Position numbers and translations under genes: made by a program. Below are positions 59,701 to 64,000 of a DNA stretch of 64,000 nt, one piece after another. The notes below the pieces were generated by a model. It was not told where the DNA came from, did no database searches, and saw only the letters and a program-made list of their open reading frames with translations. Source of the DNA: Eledone cirrhosa (Eukaryota); NCBI GenBank assembly GCA_964016885.1, contig OZ024740.1:422220001-422284000 (forward strand), in the 5' to 3' direction. Position 1 is the first letter of the stretch; every line of letters starts with the position of its first letter.

Positions 59701-62700
59701 CCCACCATTCTGTCCACTGTGGACTTTAGCAGACTGTCTTGGATTCCTCTGAGTCTCTAACAAATATTGTCCACCATACTCTCCACTGTGGATTTTAGCA
59801 GACTGTCTTGGACTCTTCTGAGTCTCTAACAAATATTGTCTACCATTCTCTCCACTGTGGACTTTAGCAGACTGTCTTGGACTTCTCTGAGTCTCTAACA
59901 AATATTGTCCACCATTCTCTCCACTGTGGACTTTAGTAGACTGTCTTGGACTTCTCTGAGTCTCTAACAAATATTGTCTACCATTCTCTCCACTGTGGAC
60001 TTTAGCAGACTGTCTTGGACTCCTCTGAGTCTCTAACATATATTGTCCACCATTCTCTCAACTGTGGACTTTACCAGACTGTCTTGGATTCCTCTGAGTC
60101 TCTAACAAATATTGTCCACCATTCTCTCCACTGTGGACTTTAGCAGACTGTCTTGGACTTCTCTGAGTCTCTAACAAATATTGTCCACCATTCTCTCCAC
60201 TGTGGACTTTAGCAGACTGTCTTGGACTCTTCTGAGTCTCTAACAAATATTGTCTACCATTCTCTCCACTGTGGACTTTAGCAGACTGTCTTGGATTCCT
60301 CTGAGTCCCTAACAAATATTGTCCACCATTCTCTCCACTGTGGACTTTAGCAGACTGTCTTGGACTTCTCTGAGTCTCTAACAAATATTGTCCACCATTC
60401 TCTCCACTGTGGACTTTAGCAGACTGTCTTGGACTCTTCTGAGTCTCTAACAAATATTGTCTACCATTCTCTCCACTGTGGACTTTAGCAGACTATCTTG
60501 GACTTCTCTGAGTCTCTAACAAATATTGTCTACCATTCTCTCCACTGTGGACTTTAGCAGACTGTCTTGGACTCCTCTGAGTCTCTAACATATATTGTCC
60601 ACCATTCTCTCAACTGTGGACTTTACCAGACTGTCTTGGATTCCTCTGAGTCTCTAACAAATATTGTCCACCATTCTCTCCACTGTGGACTTTAGCAGAC
60701 TGTCTTGGACTTCTCTGAGTCTCTAACAAATATTGTCCACCATTCTCTCCACTGTGGACTTTAGCAGACTGTCTTGGACTCTTCTGAGTCTCTAACAAAT
60801 ATTGTCTACCATTCTCTCCACTGTGGACTTTAGCAGACTGTCTTGGATTCCTCTGAGTCTCTAACAAATATTGTCCACCATTCTCTCCACTGTGGACTTT
60901 AGCAGACTGTCTTGGACTTCTCTGAGTCTCTAACAAATATTGTCCACCATTCTCTCCACTGTGGACTTTAGCAGACTGTCTTGGACTCTTCTGAGTCTCT
61001 AACAAATATTGTCTACCATTCTCTCCACTGTGGACTTTAGCAGACTATCTTGGACTTCTCTGAGTCTCTAACAAATATTGTCCACCATTCTCTCCACTGT
61101 GGACTTTAGCAGACTGTCTTGGACTTCTCTGAGTCTCTAACAAATATTGTCCACCATTCTCTCCACTGTGGACTTTAGTAGACTGTCTTGGACTTCTCTG
61201 AGTCTCTAACAAATATTGTCTACCATTCTCTCCACTGTGGACTTTAGCAGACTGTCTTGGACTCCTCTGAGTCTCTAACATATATTGTCCACCATTCTCT
61301 CCACTGTGGACTTTAGCAGACTGTCTTGGACTTCTCTGAGTCTCTAACAAATATTGTCTACCATTCTCTCCACTGTGGACTTTAGCAGACTGTCTTGGAC
61401 TCCTCTGAGTCTCTAACAAATATTGTCCACCATTCTCTCCACTGTGGACTTTAGCAGACTGTCTTGGACTTCTCCGAGTCTCTAACATATATTGTCCACC
61501 ATTCTCTCCACTGTGGACTTTAGCAGACTGTCTTGGACTTCTCTGAGTCTCTAACAAATATTGTCCACCATTCTCTCCACTGTGGACTTTAGCAGACTGT
61601 CTTGGATTCCTCTGAGTCTCTAACAAATATTGTCTACCATTCTCTCCGCTGTAGATTTTAGCAGACTGTCTTGGATTCCTCTGAGTCTCTAACAAATATT
61701 GTCCACCATTCTGTCCACTGTGGACTTTAGCAGACTGTCTTGGATTCCTCTGAGTCTCTAACAAATATTGTCCACCATTCTCTCCACTGTGGACTTTAGC
61801 AGACTGTCTTGGACTCTTCTGAGTCTCTAACAAATATTGTCTACCATTCTCTCCACTGTGGACTTTAGCAGACTGTCTTGGATTCCTCTGAGTCTCTAAC
61901 AAATATTGTCCACCATTCTCTCCACTGTGGACTTTAGCAGACTGTCTTGGACTTCTCTGAGTCTCTAACAAATATTGTCCACCATTCTCTCCACTGTGGA
62001 CTTTAGCAGACTGTCTTGGACTCTTCTGAGTCTCTAACAAATATTGTCTACCATTCTCTCCACTGTGGACTTTAGCAGACTATCTTGGACTTCTCTGAGT
62101 CTCTAACAAATATTGTCCACCATTCTCTCCACTGTGAACTTTAGTAGACTGTCTTGGACTTCTCTGAGTCTCTAACAAATATTGTCTACCATTCTCTCCA
62201 CTGTGGACTTTAGCAGACTGTCTTGGATTCCTCTGAGTCTCTAACAAATATTGTCTACCATTCTCTCCACTGTGGACTTTAGCAGACTGTCTTGGACTTC
62301 TCTGAGTCTCTAACAAATATTGTCCACCATTCTCTCCACTGTGGACTTTAGTAGACTGTCTTGGACTTCTCTGAGTCTCTAACATATATTGTCCACCATT
62401 CTCTCCACTGTGGACTTTAGCAGACTGTCTTGGATTCCTCTGAGTCTCTAACAAATATTGTCCACCATTCTCTCCACTGTGGACTTTAGCAGACTGTCTT
62501 GGACTCTTCTGAGTCTCTAACAAATATTGTCTACCATTCTCTCCACTGTGGACTTTAGCAGACTGTCTTGAACTTCTCTGAGTCTCTAACAAATATTGTC
62601 CACATTCTCTCCACTGTGGACTTTAGCAGACTGTCTTGGACTCCTCTGAGTCTCTAACAAATATTGTCTACCATTCTCTCCACTGTGGACTTTAGCAGAC

Positions 62701-64000
62701 TGTCTTGGATTCCTCTGAGTCTCTAACAAATAATGTCCACCATTCTCTCCACTGTGGAGTTTAGCAGACTGTCTTGGACTCCTCTGAGTCTCTAACATAT
62801 ATTGTCCACCATTCTCTCAACTGTGGACTTTAGCAGACTGTCTTGGATTCCTCTGAGTCTCTAACAAATATTGTCTACCATTCTCTCCACTGTAGACTTT
62901 AGCAGATTGTCTTGGACTTCTCTGAGTCTCTAACAAATATTGTCCACCATTCTCTGCACTGTGGATTTTAGCAGACTGTCTTGGACTTCTCTGAGTCTCT
63001 AACAAATATTGTCCACCATTCTCTCCACTGTAGACTTTAGTAGACTGTCTTGGATTCCTCTGAGTCTCTAACATATATTGTCTACCATTCTCTCCAATGT
63101 AGACTTTAGCAGACTGTTTTGGACTCCTCTGAGTCTCTAACAAATATTGTCTACCATTCTCTCCAGTGTAGATTTTAGCAGACTGTCTTGGACTCCTGTG
63201 AGTCTCTAACATATATTGTCTACCATTCTCTCCAATGTAGACTTTAGCAGACTGTTTTGGACTCCTCTGAGTCTCTAACAAATATTGACCACAATTCTCT
63301 CCACTGTGGACATTAGCAGACTGTCTTGGATTCCTCTGAGACTCTAAAAAATATTGCCCACCATTCTGTCCACTGTGGACTTTAGCAGACTGTCTTGGAT
63401 TCCTCTGAGTCTCTAACAAATATTGTCCACCATACTCTCCACTGTGGATTTTAGCAGACTGTCTTGGACTCTTCTGAGTCTCTAACAAATATTGTCTACC
63501 ATTCTCTCCACTGTGGACTTTAGCAGACTGTCTTGGACTTCTCTGAGTCTCTAACAAATATTGTCCACCATTCTCTCCACTGTGGACTTTAGTAGACTGT
63601 CTTGGACTTCTCTGAGTCTCTAACAAATATTGTCTACCATTCTCTCCACTGTGGACTTTAGCAGACTGTCTTGGACTCCTCTGAGTCTCTAACATATATT
63701 GTCCACCATTCTCTCAACTGTGGACTTTAGCAGACTGTCTTGGATTCCTCTGAGTCTCTAACAAATATTGTCCACCATTCTCTCCACTGTGGACTTTAGC
63801 AGACTGTCTTGGACTTCTCTGAGTCTCTAACAAATATTGTCCACCATTCTCTCCACTGTGGACTTTAGCAGACTGTCTTGGACTCTTCTGAGTCTCTAAC
63901 AAATATTGTCTACCATTCTCTCCACTGTGGACTTTAGCAGACTGTCTTGGATTCCTCTGAGTCTCTAACAAATATTGTCCACCATTCTCTCCACTGTGGA

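Larger units (their letters stand above)
33728..64000. repeat. 69-bp satellite array (satellite B), about 440 head-to-tail monomers, truncated by the window end
   Basis: Consensus AGACTGTCTTGGA(C/T)T(C/T)CTCTGAGTCTCTAACAAATATTGTC(C/T)ACCATTCTCTCCACTGTGGACTTTAGC, starting at 33728. The 69-bp period is confirmed by the 23-aa repeat in the ORF track. Confidence 0.98.
36960..64000. repeat. Variable-length higher-order repeat domain of satellite B (35-54 monomers per unit, nine marked units)
   Basis: A 68-bp marker monomer (TTGAACTTC...TGTCCACATTCT, 1-bp deletion) recurs near 37480, 39894, 42446, 46171, 49551, 53068, 55619, 58930, 62586. The spacings 2414, 2552, 3725, 3380, 3517, 2551, 3311, 3656 bp equal 35, 37, 54, 49, 51, 37, 48, 53 monomers minus 1-2 bp. 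Confidence 0.9.

Noticed and set aside
34286-63971. Dozens of minus-strand ORFs encoding a 23-aa repeat protein
   Set aside because: 69 is a multiple of 3, and one of six frames being stop-free is expected by chance. Nonsense variants (AGACTAT, CTCTCAACT, CTCTCAC) and 1-bp frameshifts were amplified with the HOR, many starts are TTG inside the repeat, and there is no unique N-terminus in the window.
1-64000. CRISPR array (61-69 bp period with palindromic parts)
   Set aside because: The whole unit is repeated. There are no unique spacers, no leader and no cas genes.
1-64000. CENP-B box, alpha satellite, or the human subtelomeric 61-bp repeat
   Set aside because: The CENP-B box requires CpGs, which both consensuses lack. 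Monomer length and sequence do not fit alpha satellite, and the human 61-29-37 repeats belong to a GC/CpG-rich region, unlike this array.

Overview
The window is almost entirely non-coding tandem satellite DNA. There are two sequence-distinct arrays: a 61-bp-monomer array (1-33654, about 550 copies, ~41% GC by my count of the consensus) and a 69-bp-monomer array (33728-64000, about 440 copies, ~45% GC). They are joined by a single 73-bp unique spacer (33655-33727) that holds an inverted repeat. Both arrays run off the window edges. Both show layered higher-order repeat (HOR) structure, with recent multi-kb tandem duplications away from the junction and more diverged monomers next to it. Both monomers are rich in short dyad symmetries and lack CpG in the consensus, and a CpG-containing variant shows apparent deamination products, which points to a methylated eukaryotic genome. 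All ORFs in the track come from one open frame of the 69-bp (23-codon) unit and are broken by amplified stops and frameshifts, so I do not call them genes. I found no recognisable gene, RNA gene, CRISPR array or transposon, and I cannot name the organism or satellite family. All periods were measured by eye from diagnostic variants, so block boundaries are approximate.
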